A stretch of DNA of 64,000 nucleotides from positions 7,546,198-7,610,197 of the forward strand of contig CAJINV010000003.1 of NCBI GenBank assembly GCA_905178155.1, given 5' to 3'. Shown here in pieces: positions 11,393-23,600 of this stretch. The position numbers and the translations under genes are program-made. The stretch comes from Amoebophrya sp. A120. Lineage: Eukaryota > Protista > Dinoflagellata. Each line of letters begins with the position of its first letter. Position 1 is the stretch's first letter. The notes below the pieces were generated by a model. The model did no database searches and was not told the origin of the DNA. It saw only the letters and a program-made list of their open reading frames with translations.

Positions 11393-13587
11393 TCACTTCT
11401 TTTCGCTCTGCAACTGGATACCGGCACTCCGCGCGTAATCGCGGTTGTAGGTGGTCATCGACGCCACTTGCCGGGAGCCCTTGTCATTAATGGAGGAAAG
11501 CGGCAGGTGGCCAGTGTAGCCGGGGATATTCAGATGGTACTGTTCAGCGAGGTTGTACCATTTTTCGCGCTCGTTGATTCCGCACTCGATCTTCGCGCAG
11601 TGCGAATTGGCCGTGTTCATCGGAAGGTAACCTGTTGGTTGTTCACTTGCTTTTTTATCATGCAGTTGCATTTCTAATCAATGCAAGATCCCGATCAATG
11701 ACGTATGCTTCGTCGGTTCGGTGTCCTTGATGCAGATCCAAAATCAAAATGCAAAGCAACCGTGAAAACCTGAATATGCATGGTACCTTGGTAACCCGGA
11801 ATGTGGAATGTTCCTCGCGTTGTGCCGCGCGTCAACTCAGTCTTCAGGGTCACAAACTTGTTGATCGACTCCTTCGGAAGATCTGTGAAAAATTCATTGC
11901 ATCCACTTGGGATTTTTCAGATACTGGTGCAAAACAATGGAAACGAGAAGAACGACGCAAATCTTATTCTTACTTACTAAAAAAATACAAGAAATGCCAG
12001 CTTCTCCGCACCGTGATCAATGTCCGACAAAAATATCCGGTTACCTGGCTCGTCTCCCACACGGCCTTCTTTTGCTACGTCTCCGACTTTTGCCATGAGT
12101 GTCTTCTCCAACACGGCGCGCTCGTCTATTACTCGAGTGTGGCCATCTTCCTTCGGTGCGATTCGGCCATCGTAGTTGTAGGACGGAATTACAAGCTTCT
12201 CCGTTGGGATACTTCCTGCCGCACTGTTTTCGTTTTGTCATTGTCGACCTTGGCGCCTTTTTTTCTAGTTCTGAAACGCAATTTGCTCTTGCTGAAATAA
12301 CCAGAGAAAACCAATCACGAGATGAATAATACAAGAATATTGAGTACCCATAATCTGCGGCATAGGAACTGGTGTAGGGCTCTTCGGCGAGGCACGTTGG
12401 TGGGTGCGCTACTTGAAATTTTGGTCCTCGGAGGCGCACGTAATTCTTGCACTCTGCCGGGCACTGTTTTCGTTATCGTTTGAAATTGAATACATCATTT
12501 CAGTTTCTCATGCGCTTGTCCAGTAATCTATCTGTAAGCGCTAGCACTCAAAAACAGCACGTAATGCACACAGCCGACATTCAGGAAAAGTGATACCGCA
12601 TAGCCGTCCTTGTTGGTTGTCTCCCTGTAAGTCGACGACCATATTGCAGCTCCTGTTCGTGATGGACCACTCGCTCCCCCTGACAGTCCTGCCGTTGCTT
12701 CTGTTGGCGCCTGGAGGTGGAGTGTGTGTCCCGTCGAAAAGCGACATCATTCATCGATTTTATTTTGGAGATATATTTGATGACAGCACACGACATGAGG
12801 GCCGCAGTGGAGTGCGCTTTTCCAATAGCATCAAAGTTGAGCGTCCCAAGGAGAAGGACAGGACGTGAAATAAAGAGAAAACGGTGATCGCTTTTGACCT
12901 AGCTCGTTAAAACCACAAGAAAATTCGTACCTTGCTCAGCGTAGAGCTGAGTTTCTGTTCCCAGTTTGCTTCGAAGGTCGGACCTTTTGGCTTCTCCTCC
13001 TCCTCTCCGGGTTTCTTTTGGTGCACCTGCAGGGTAAATAAGAACATACTTACGAGGTGGAAGACAAAATAAAAGCAGCTGCCAACATAAAGATACAATT
13101 CCGCTTGCGCTTCTCGAGGCGAGCGATAAAATTGTAAAAGTTAAAGTAAGTAAGTACTAGCAAAGCTGCTGGAATAAGCGGCTTCTGTGGGTTGGTGTAG
13201 TCCTTTGACTTGACGGTCTTGTTATACTGGATGTCATACTCATTCCCGTCCTTTAGTTGGTGCTGGATGAAGTTCTTCCTGCATGTGATTTGTTTCAAGT
13301 ATTTTCCTGGCCACATGGACATGAACTATGCCATCACGGAAAGCATTTTCAAGCATTGCGAAGTGAACAAGTTAAAAGCGCTTGATTGATGCATCCGTGA
13401 AAGACGAGAAATACTCTGAGAGCTTGACTTCTGTCGTGTAAAAGCCATCCCTGTCGTAGAGACCTTGCCCGGGTTTTGCGGCGATAACAGGCGCATCTTT
13501 CGTTGAAAGGAATATCCCGTGCTGTGTTACAACCTTCGGGATGTGACTTATGTGGTCCTTCAACTTGATTTGAGCCTCGGTCGCCAT
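11393..13587 (-). CDS. Multi-exon protein with PGY(Q/T)G repeats, FAM166/DUF2475-like ciliary microtubule inner protein
   Basis: Exons join in frame through GT-AG introns (one probably GC-AG). The C-terminus contains HIPGYQGYLP and NIPGYTGHLP motifs. Confidence 0.6.
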
Positions 13588-14355
13588 TCTTGCTGAAACG
13601 TTTCGGCGCGGACGTGCCGCTCGGAGCCTTGTCCCTTATTCAAAAAACGCGCTGCTTTGATGCCGCAGAATAACTATAGCAGCGCTCGCAGCATGATGAT
13701 AACTCTAAATTTTGTTTTTCTGTCGCCATGAACAGTTTTGATTTTCATTTTCGCGAAGATAGTGCCGGGGAAAGCAGGCGGACGCCCACTACTGCTACGG
13801 TAGCAATCCCGATTGACGAGAAATCGAGCGAACGACGACAACAACAAACTCCGCCTCTCAAAATAAGCTCCACCATCCGAATAAGTAACTCTCCTCCTCT
13901 CTCACGACGTGGTGTCGCCAGTGCCGACACGCTATCGACTGCAACCAAACATCAAAACGATTGGGCAGAAGGTGGAGGATCGCGAAAAATCTATAAAGTA
14001 CAAGTTGCACCGGCGTGATAGATCGATGCTTCGTGGGAACAACCAACAGGGCGCCGTACGAGGCAAAACTGCCAAGAAATTGAGGCAATCTTTAGAAGAA
14101 GTGCCACGATTCATACAATGTACCATCACGATCGGCGCGACATGGCCAGCACATGCCAAGGATTGCTGAAGCTGATCTCCGTCGTAAACCAAATGTCTGG
14201 AGCACAGCGAGACAGAATGGAGGACGAGCCAGCTGTGGAGTCTTTTTGTCTTTATTTACGCACGACCCTGTTCGTCCGGTTCTGCCGTTCTGCATCGATT
14301 CCTCTCGACCAGTACGCAGGCGTACGACCACCCCAGTGATGAACCTAGAGATCAT

Positions 14356-15380
14356 TTACGCAGGCGCGGCTAGCTTTGCGCAGAGGCGATCGACCTTGGT
14401 CTGCACACTGAAGTCCAGGACGGATTCGCCCATCTTCACGACGATTCCACCGAGAATGCTGCTGTTCGTCGTGTACGAAACTATAAGCTCGCGTCCACTC
14501 TCCCGCTTGCGCAACATCGCTTCGACCTGAGTGGAAAAAGGTTTCTGGGGCGTCACCAAAGCACTGGGCGGGCAACATGTTTTTACAACATGATGTTGTC
14601 CAGCACGCAACAAGAACACGGAAGCTACTGTTCGACAACTGCAAACATACATATCTGTACGCGTTCTCTGTCTTTGGGTTGCAGGTCTTTCACCGTGGTG
14701 ACTTGGCACAAAAGCTGGTTTTTCTCCGCTCGGTAAAACACCTCATAATTGTCGATCATCCGCTTGAGGTCCGCGAGCCGGCGGTTTTCCAGAAGCGTTT
14801 TCAGGTAGTTCATGGTTATTGCATCGTAGCCGTATTTCTCGCTCATGGCCTGAAACACCTCCTGCTTCTTTGCGGGCTGGATGGCGGGACTCTCTACGAA
14901 GAGCGCAAAGTCCTTGCTCTCCTCGTAGCACGATCGGACGTGAGAAAGATCCGTGAACACCTGGGATGTGATTTATTTCCTGCCTCAGGGTTGTAGCGAA
15001 GTGATAGATAGGCTCAGGCTGTTCCTTGTCGTTGTCAACACCTGCACGACTAGTACCGAAACAAAACTGGTGCAGTTTCACGAGACAGAGCAACCTTTGA
15101 TGCAACATATGGAAATCCAAAGAATTTGCTTGAATCAGAAGGACGAGTCGCAGAAGGCGCAACTACAACGGTGCTGTGCGATGGATACCTTGTCTAAGAC
15201 ATTCTTCTTCTTCGAGGCGTCCAGTAGCGCGCCGGAATACCTTCCCGCCAACGACAAGTCCTCATGCTTCCGAGCTTCAGAAGCGAAACAGCGCCTTGCA
15301 GTGGCGGCCGCAGAAGAATGGGAAGCTCTGTTTTGCGTAGCTAGCTGACCGCCCGCACGACAAACAAGACGCCCAAACAT
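14356..15380 (-). CDS. ATP5PO: Mitochondrial ATP synthase OSCP (delta) subunit, 3 exons
   Basis: Presequence-like start, LAGRYSGALL, LLENRRL, SILGGIVVKMGESVLDFSV. Canonical introns at 14961-15188 and 14527-14660. Confidence 0.93.
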
Positions 15381-16194
15381 TGTAGAAGATGTCAACGGCT
15401 GCGAAGAGCCGAGCTGACCTGCTCTTTCAATCGCCGCTTTTCTTGAGTACCACGACCCTCAGGGAATCTGAATCTGTTGCATCACCAAGAGCGGAAAAAA
15501 AAACACAAACATATATTTCGTGCTGGCAAACGGGAAAGTAAGTACTTCTAGCCGACGCGGAGCCCTTTTACGTCTCATCTTTTCATCCGAAAAAAGGAAG
15601 AGCGATACAGGGCGGAGCTTCGAACGTGCGGACAGGCATGTCACACGCAGCGAACAACAGGCACACGCAGGCCCCTACGCTGTGAGAATAGAAACATATC
15701 ATGTTGGTCCAGCATGTTGTGTTCATCTTTATTTCATTTGACATTTGTTCTATACCTCACGAGAGATGAGTGAATGTCTGTGTAATAAATCTGATGAACG
15801 TCCTCGCTGGATGGTACTGCAGGAGAGCCCAAAGGCAAAACATTGCAGTCGCACTCCCGGTCCACCACTTGCGGCCGGGCTTTCGAGAAACAGACGCCAG
15901 ACCATTTCCACGCATCGTCGAGACAGTCGCCACAGACAGCAGCTGAACGCATTCACTGCCAGTATCCACCTCGCTCGCCGTTTCTAGAGACGCGAAAGGC
16001 TCCAATGGCTTCACCAACCGTGCAGCACCTGCTCCCGGTCTGCACAGCGAAGAACCAGATCCTCGTTTCTGTAGCGCCGGATGTTGAACTCAAGCTTCTA
16101 GAACAAGAACAACAAAAAAATCTTCACCAGATATCACCTCGCAGCGGCAGCGGTCGCGGCACGACTATAACAGAGAAGGCCGCCCCGTCTCTGG

Positions 16195-19100
16195 TCAAGT
16201 ATTCCCCGATTCCCGCCGGGTCTGGTACCTCTGGAAGGCGGCCATGACGTACTGGAGCTGCATAACCCGCCGAACCTGGGTTGCGATGTGAATGTACTGA
16301 ATCATGTCGCGAAGGTTATACCCTCCGATCGCTTTCACACGGTCGTAGTCCTCCCTCGTCAACGCCTCGGGAAAACAGCAAAGCTTCTTCAGAAACACCT
16401 TGTGCATCAGCGTCAAGTAGAAGTTCAACCTGCAAGTAGAAAAAAATATAAAATGGTCCTTTAACTTTGCACAAAAATAGACACCATCAGAACCGCCCGG
16501 AATTGCCAATTCCTAGAAGCACCTATTGCTATTCTTCCACCTCTTACAACTCCGTTGATTGCTTAGTATAGCAGTGGACGACCATGAACAAACAGTAAGC
16601 TAGCATAGAAGCGAAGGTAGATAGAACCCAACTCAAAAGAAAAACCTTGTGTAGTTAAAGTCGTCAACTTCTAGGCCGTAGACGCGAAAAACGTAGGCGA
16701 ACAGCGCTCGTCGAATCGGGAGCGTGGAACTGACCTTGATACCGCCGACGGAGGAGTCGGTGTAGCTCTGTACGTACTCGTACTCTTCGTGAATTGCGTC
16801 AGCGATCTCGGGACAGTACTGCCCTAGCAACGGGTACGCGTGATCAGCCCAGCTGTACTGTGACGCCGCAGACGCGGCACCGGCCCCATAGTCTACGTAC
16901 TTCAGCTTGAATGTTTCTGCGCCTTTTGTACCGACATCACTTGCGTCCTCAAGGCCCGTAAGCTCCACCCCACTCGCGCGCGCGAGCAGAAAATCGCATA
17001 GCGGCGCGCGAACGATCGGTCGCGCAGCCATCACTTCCTGCAGGGAATGCCGCTCCTCCTGAGTCAGCGCGTTGTCTGTCAGTCGCCCGAGCTCGCGCCA
17101 GTCCTTCTCGCTTTTTATGGGGTTCAGCAACTCTTGCTCCTCCTGCTTGGAGATGAAGTAGTACCTGTAATTTAATGATCACCAAGCAGAGAAGGGGAAT
17201 CGAAAGTTCATATGGAAATCAGTCCGACTCGTACGGAGCCGCCTCATAACACAGCCTTTGCAGCCAGTGCGTTGGTGGCAAGAATATCGGAGATGACCAC
17301 ACCTGACGCCACGCTTGGACGTCCAGAAAGCACCGAGAACACTGTGTGCTCGTCAAAGAACATCCAGCAAGCATGATAGTGATACTACCAGTTCGCGGAC
17401 TCGGAGAGATTTTTGCGGAAGCAGCAGGGCAGGTGGGCGAGCACCTGAGCTCGTTTGGGGTCCTCCAAAACGACGAGCCGGTGCTTTTCTTTGTCCCCGC
17501 CGCTGCTCGTGCTCTGGCGTTCGAGCGAGGTGAGGTCCTCTTCCTCCGACCGCGCCGTGGCAAAGCTCGCCGTTCGGTAGCTCTCTTTGTTGCTGGCGAC
17601 CATCACGGTTTTATTCTTACTCGTGTTGTTTTCATCCTCCTCTGCGACACCCGTGTCATCCGGCGGCTCCGGCTGCGCTTGCGGCGCGGGAGCTATGAGC
17701 GATACAGACTCGGGGGATATTTTTCCATCGGTGCTTCCGTCGGTAAGGATCCACTTTTCGTCCCCCGGTGCCAACGGGTCTTCGAGCTCTAGGCCGAGCG
17801 CGAACACAAACGCCGACATGGAATGGTAGGTACTCAGGATCGCCAGCGCCGACAGCAGCTCCGTGCTCGACCACCGGCAGGCTGAATCATCCGGGTCGAG
17901 CAGCTCGGCGAAACTCACGACCGCGGTGCCCCGGCTCCTGTCGTGTTTTTCGGGACTGTTTCCGTGAGACGGAGAGGTCGTAGTGCCCTCCCCGGTTTGC
18001 TCCAGCAGCAGCCAGGGCTGGTGGCACATCACTTCGTTGAACTTCGCGATCGCGAGTAATTTTTTCGGAATTACGTCGGCACGCCCCGCGAGCCAGGTGC
18101 GGTCACCTCCAGTAAAAATGAAGCTTCGCCTTGTAGTGGACATCACGACACATAACAAAAACACAGGATCGAATTCGTCGAACGAGTTCTTGGACAATGA
18201 CCAGCTACAGCTTTTTTTACGACGAGGCCAATCATAATCGTCTTAAATTGGCCTCAAAACGACGGCCTAAAAATTGCTGCTGAGTAGAAGGAGTAAACAA
18301 ACAACTACCTCCCACTAACAGGAACATTTCCGCCGCGTGCCGCGCAAGATACTCGCAGCGCAGTTGCGTGGCCCCCAGCAGCGCGAGGTAGTGCCGCCAC
18401 GGTTTCGGCAAAGGACCCTCGTCAAACAGGAGCGCGCGCTTCGAGGAGAAAAACCGGTCGAGGAAGCCGTCGTGGGCTGCAAGGGCCCAGTGCAGCGTCG
18501 TCAGGTTTCCATTCTTCTGCTGAAACAGGTCTTGCCAACTCGGGCTCCCGAAATCCACGGGAGGTTTCTCTGCCTCCCCTGACTGGTCAAAGGAAGAGCC
18601 GCTGTGTATCAAAAGGAAAAATCCCCCCACCCCATATCGAAATGGAAATCTGTGATGCGGGATTTGTGTACACAAATCGGCTTTGTATTGCAGGAATGCA
18701 TCGCGGCCACATCCCCAGGCTATGTAGGGGCGTATCGGTCTAGTTGTTCAGCACGGCAAACGGCTCCCCTTTAGGCCCAACAGCGTGACAAATCGCCTCC
18801 ATAATGGGGGCGAAGCTTTTGCCCTTGTCTTCTTGCAAGACAGATGCGATTTGTGACCTCAAATCAGCAAAGCAAATTTTCGGAAACATGCCTTTTCGAT
18901 ATGGGGAGGGGGGATTTTTCCTCACAATACTGTGCGAGCTCGCAGTTGGCGGATGCAGGAGCGCACTATCAAATGTAAAAATGTCTGGGTCTGAAAGAAT
19001 GCAAGATTTGTGATGCAGTTTTTCCATCATCATCATCATGTAGTGGACACCCTCTCCCAGCGCCACAGGTCAAGGATCCCCTCCCCGGGGGGTGGGCGAG

Positions 19101-19954
19101 GGAGCGCTTTCGGCAACCTCATCATACAAAAGCCGAGCGCTACCACGGCAAGTCGCCCCAAGAAAAGTGCCAACCAGTCGGGAGCTACCCACCACACCTG
19201 ATCAGTACAGCCCGGCCAGCTAGCCGAGCGCGACAGCCCAACATACAGAACGATCCAGGACCCGACCCATTTTACGCAATACGTTTTTGTTCTCACGGAA
19301 GAGACGACGTACCCCTTTGGGTTAAGGCGCGAGACTTTTCCATGACCCATGAGGCCTGGAATGCAGCATCTAGCATGACAAACGCTGTGACGTGTCTATC
19401 ATGCATATCCTGCATGAGAAACTCCCTGTCAAACTGATGAAAAGTGCACAGCTTTTGGTAATCATGCAACACAAATTTTTGCATGCTTCAGATTCAGCAT
19501 GACAAGTGGCATCCTTCCAGACCCAGACATTTTTGCATTTGATACGCACACCACTGGGAACACTTTTCCCGGACCTCAAGTTGGGGACTAAATTGCGCAA
19601 GCCGTCGCAGCCTGAAGAAAGAGTCACGACAGAAAATGGACTGCATATTGTGACGTCGTTTCCGCATATTTATAAGTAACTTGAACCTACGTAGAGCATG
19701 GAGTTCTTGACGACCCGAATAAGGGAACGTGAAACTACTTGGATGCTCTCGTCCCTCTCCGTTGCTAAAGACAAAAAACACCTGTTCCACAGACGAAACG
19801 CTTTTTCCCTTTCTTGTGGCTCAGTGGCGTGACTACTCTGAGCGAGGTGCTCGATCTCCTGGCCGAGGTTCTCGAAGCCTGCCGGCGTCTGGGAAGCGAG
19901 CAGAAACCCGACGTGCTCCACGGCGCAATCCAACAGTTTGTCGATGCCCTCCAT
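16195..19954 (-). CDS. SESN: Sestrin (PA26 family), multi-exon, with two introner introns
   Basis: GPLPKPWRHYLALLGA..C.YL, GGD.TWL.G, HQPWLL, WSSTELLSALAILSTYHS, YSWADHAYPLL, IRRALFAYV.RVYGLEVDD and C-terminal QLQYVMAAFQRY all match the sestrin consensus. Confidence 0.88.
18607..18929. mobile_element. Introner element, family B (323 bp), in sestrin
   Basis: TSD CTGTG (18602-18606, 18930-18934), about 36-bp TIR (tatcaaaaggaaaaatccccccaccccatatcgaaa). Homologous along its length to 62735-63055. Removal gives TASSHS-GSSFD in frame. Confidence 0.92.
18967..19544. mobile_element. Introner element, family C (578 bp), in sestrin
   Basis: TSD CGCAC (18962-18966, 19545-19549), about 50-bp TIR (tatcaaatgtaaaaatgtctgggtctg...). 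Same TIRs as 57374-57635. Removal gives CSQWCA-LLHPP in frame. Confidence 0.92.
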
Positions 19955-20696
19955 GTCCAACTATTGGTTTTCCGTCCTGTCCACGCATAATCGAAAGGCA
20001 AGAACTCGTACACTCTTCTTCTAACCCATGATCTATCTATGTTTGTAGTAGTATGGTATATCGAAGGACGTGACTTACATTACAAATGATCTATCTAGTA
20101 TCAAAGTGAAGTCGTTAGACGTTACATATACAAAAGGGCAACTCCCAGAGGCCGAAATACCCCTACACTGACAGCAAGGATGAAGCTCAGTCACTCGTAA
20201 TTGTTTACTCCCTCGTCATGTGACGCTGAGAGCAGCCTTCCTCAGAAAAGATCGCGACGCTTTTGAAAGGGCAGAAGAATGAATGACGCGTATTAGCCAC
20301 GGCCTCGCAACAGAACTCCAAGTGCAAGCTTCTTGATGGTTGGGCGGGAATTGTAGCAAAGATATGTTGGGCGCTGCAACAGCATCTACTCTACCTCTAG
20401 TTCTGCATGTTCTTGGGGATTTCGAATATAAATCTTTCGAACCTGAAGTTCACTCAGGCTCATCGAGTAGTGTAACTCTAACTTGAACAAAAAAACTTAG
20501 TGAATTGAGCACGAGTTGTTCTTCTATAGACTCTGTGCTCGCCAACAAATTGGTACTGTTCGAAAACGAAAACTAGGTGTGAGCCCGTCTATCGGACGAG
20601 TCTGAGAGCAAGGAACTAAAAAATGATCCGCATCACCAGATGCCTTTTTTTGTGGCAACACCCACAACTGCGACACCGAGTAGGGTGGTCGCTTTT

Positions 20697-23600
20697 TTAG
20701 GCAGCCATATTCCACGTTTTGTCGTCGTAGATTGCCTTTAGCAACTCGTCCGTGCGCTTCGCAATATTCACCGGCTCGATAGCCAGGATTCGCGTCGCAG
20801 ATCGTGTATCGCCCTCGTAGGTTTCTTTGTATGACCGCAAGCGGAGCTTGTACAGCGAGGCTACCTGCCAGCTCTTGAACCATTCGTCCACTGTGATCTG
20901 CATTTCTGAGGCATCCTGAGCTGTCTTCCCAGCTGTTGTGACAAATTTCTTCAAGTACCATAGCAGTGGTCAGTCTGCCAGTGTCGATTGTCGAAGAAGT
21001 GCCTGCATCACAACTTTGTCCTTCACTTGACCACGAAAGGTGACTGCCAACAGGTCGGCGATACGTTGCTGCACTTTGCACATCAACAAACTACGCAACA
21101 TTATCAATATAAATCAGAAGAACGTACTGAGCTTCTTCATATCGTCGTCAAACAGGTTCAGAATGCTGTCGCCGAATCCGTCCTGAAATACTGCGCGGAC
21201 AAGCCATCGCTTGACGGGCGTGACGAGGCCGTGGGTGGGGCATACGCCGTCACGAACTTTCTTGTTGCAAGTGGCCGGAGGTGCGTTGGCAGGCGCATTG
21301 GCGCGGACGACCTTTTCTGGGCACGCTTCATACCATTGCGGAACTTCCTCGTCCTTGCGTTGCGTCAGGACGCGCATCATTCGCGCGTAGGCTTCGGTGA
21401 TGATAAACTGCTCTTTATTTTCCCCAGACGCAGGCTCGATCTCGTCGACCAACTCACCCAAGTTTACCTGTAATTTCAACGTGGGACTTTTCTCTGATCA
21501 GACTCTCACCTAGACCTATCTGTGGTACTGCTCACGCCTTGGCGCTGAAAGTTCGACCAAGCTAGCAATGGGCGTCACTTACCGTCGTTGCAGAAACGCC
21601 GCCACAGGCAAGAAGCAGTATAAAACTCCCACTGGCTGGTTCGTCTAGGTGGTGCAGTTGCAAATATCTAACTCAGGGGAGAGTGACCACGTGCATACCT
21701 GTCGCACTTGATTTCCACCTATTTGTCCCGCACCTGCTTCGCGCATAGACACAAATGCCTTCGATGAGCCCCCGCTTTTCCACCACTTTTCTATCTCTTT
21801 GCTGCGGTCCTGTTGTGAAAGATTTTTTTTGTGCAGTTGTGAAAGGGTGAAGTTGTTGCAACTGTATTTTCGGAATTATATAAGTGCACGAAGATGGTGG
21901 ATTGCCATTACATAAAAATCCATTCCCCTTCCAAGGATTGAACATCCCAAAGAAAAAAGCCGACAGGTCAGAAAAAAAATAATTAAATAATAATTGTTAT
22001 TGTCAACAATAAAAGCAAAACAAAACAACAAAAAAAATTGCCGCCATACCATGCGGATTAGCTTCAGGACAGATCAGCAATCCGCGCGAATCACGGTGGG
22101 ACTTTTTTTATTGTCAACAATAAAAGCAAAACAAAACAACAGGAAGAAAGTGCCGCCATACCATGCGGATTAGCTTCCGGGCAGATCAGCAATCCGCGCG
22201 AATCAGGGCGGGACGGTGATCGCCCGCCTTTTTTATTTTTGTGGCGAATTTCTCTTATTCGCGCCATACCGTGCGGGCTGGGGTTCGTAAGGGGTTGCCG
22301 GCTTCGCCAATCCGCATGGCACGGCGCCCGCAGTCGGCTTCGCGACTTTTTGCAGATTTTTTATGTTCGCGCCTTAGCGTGCGGGCCGGCTTTCTGGCGA
22401 AGCTGCCGGCTTCGCGAATCCGCACGGCACGGCGGCCGCAATTAGTTTTGTGAATTTTGGCGAGTTTTTTTGTTTCGCGTCATACCGTGCGGGCGGGGCT
22501 TCGTAAGAGTTTGCCGGAGTCGCCAATCCGCATGGCACGGCGCGCGCAGGCGGTTTTGCGACTTTTGGCGAATTTCCTATGTTCGCGCCATACCGTGCGC
22601 GCTGGCTTTCTGGCGACGCTGCCGGCTTCGCGAATCCGCACGCCACGGCGGCCGCAGTTATTTTTGTAAATTCTCGCGATTTTTTCCCTTTTGCGCTATA
22701 CCTTGCGGGCTGGGCTTCGTAGGAGGTTGCCGGCTTCGCCAATCCGCACGCTTGCCAGCTTTTCGACAATTCCCGAATATTCGGAATCGCCGGAATCAGA
22801 GGCGGCGAGACTTCAAATCCTTGCGAAGTTTTTCAACGCTTGGGAATGCCAAAAATGCGACCCCCGCCTCTATCTGCGGAAACTGACACACTTAAAGTAA
22901 CTTCATCCCCCTTCTGGAACTTTTTGCCGTCCGAGTTCGTCCGCGGATACTTTCGAATATTCGGAATCGCTTCAAAATAGGCAGGCAGGAGTTTGGAAAT
23001 TGTCGAAGGTTTTGCCAGCTTTTCGAATATTCCCGAATATTCGGAATCGCCGGAATCAGAGGCGGCGACCGAGGCTTCAAATCCTTGCCAAGTTTTTCAA
23101 CACTTGGGAACGCCAAAAGTGCGATCCCCGCCTCTATCTGCGGAAACTGACATACTCAAAATAAGTTGCTTCCTCTGCTGGGAATTTTTGCCGAGTTCGT
23201 CCGCGGATACTTTCGAATATTCGGAATCGCTTCAAAATAGGCAGGCAGGAGTTTGGTAACCGTCGAAAATGTTCCCGAATATTCGGAATCGCCGGAATCA
23301 GAGGCGGCGAGACTTCAAATCCTTGCCAAGTTTTTCAACACTTGGGAATGCCAAAAATGCGACCCCCGCCTCTATCTGCGGAAACTGACACACTCAAAAT
23401 AAATTACTTCCTCGGCTGGGAATTTTTGCCGAGTTCGTCCGCGGATACTTTCGAATATTCGGAATCGCTTCAAAATAGGCAGGCAGGAGTTTGGAAACTG
23501 TCGAAGGTTTTGCCAGCTTTTCGAATATTCCCGAATATTCGGAATCGCCGGAATCAGAGGCGGCGAGACTTCAAATCCTTGCCAAGTTTTTCAACAATTG

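Noticed and set aside
13909-14169. Basic 86-aa plus-strand ORF between two genes
   Set aside because: Non-ATG start, no homology recognised, opposite to the block orientation; probably UTR or intergenic.
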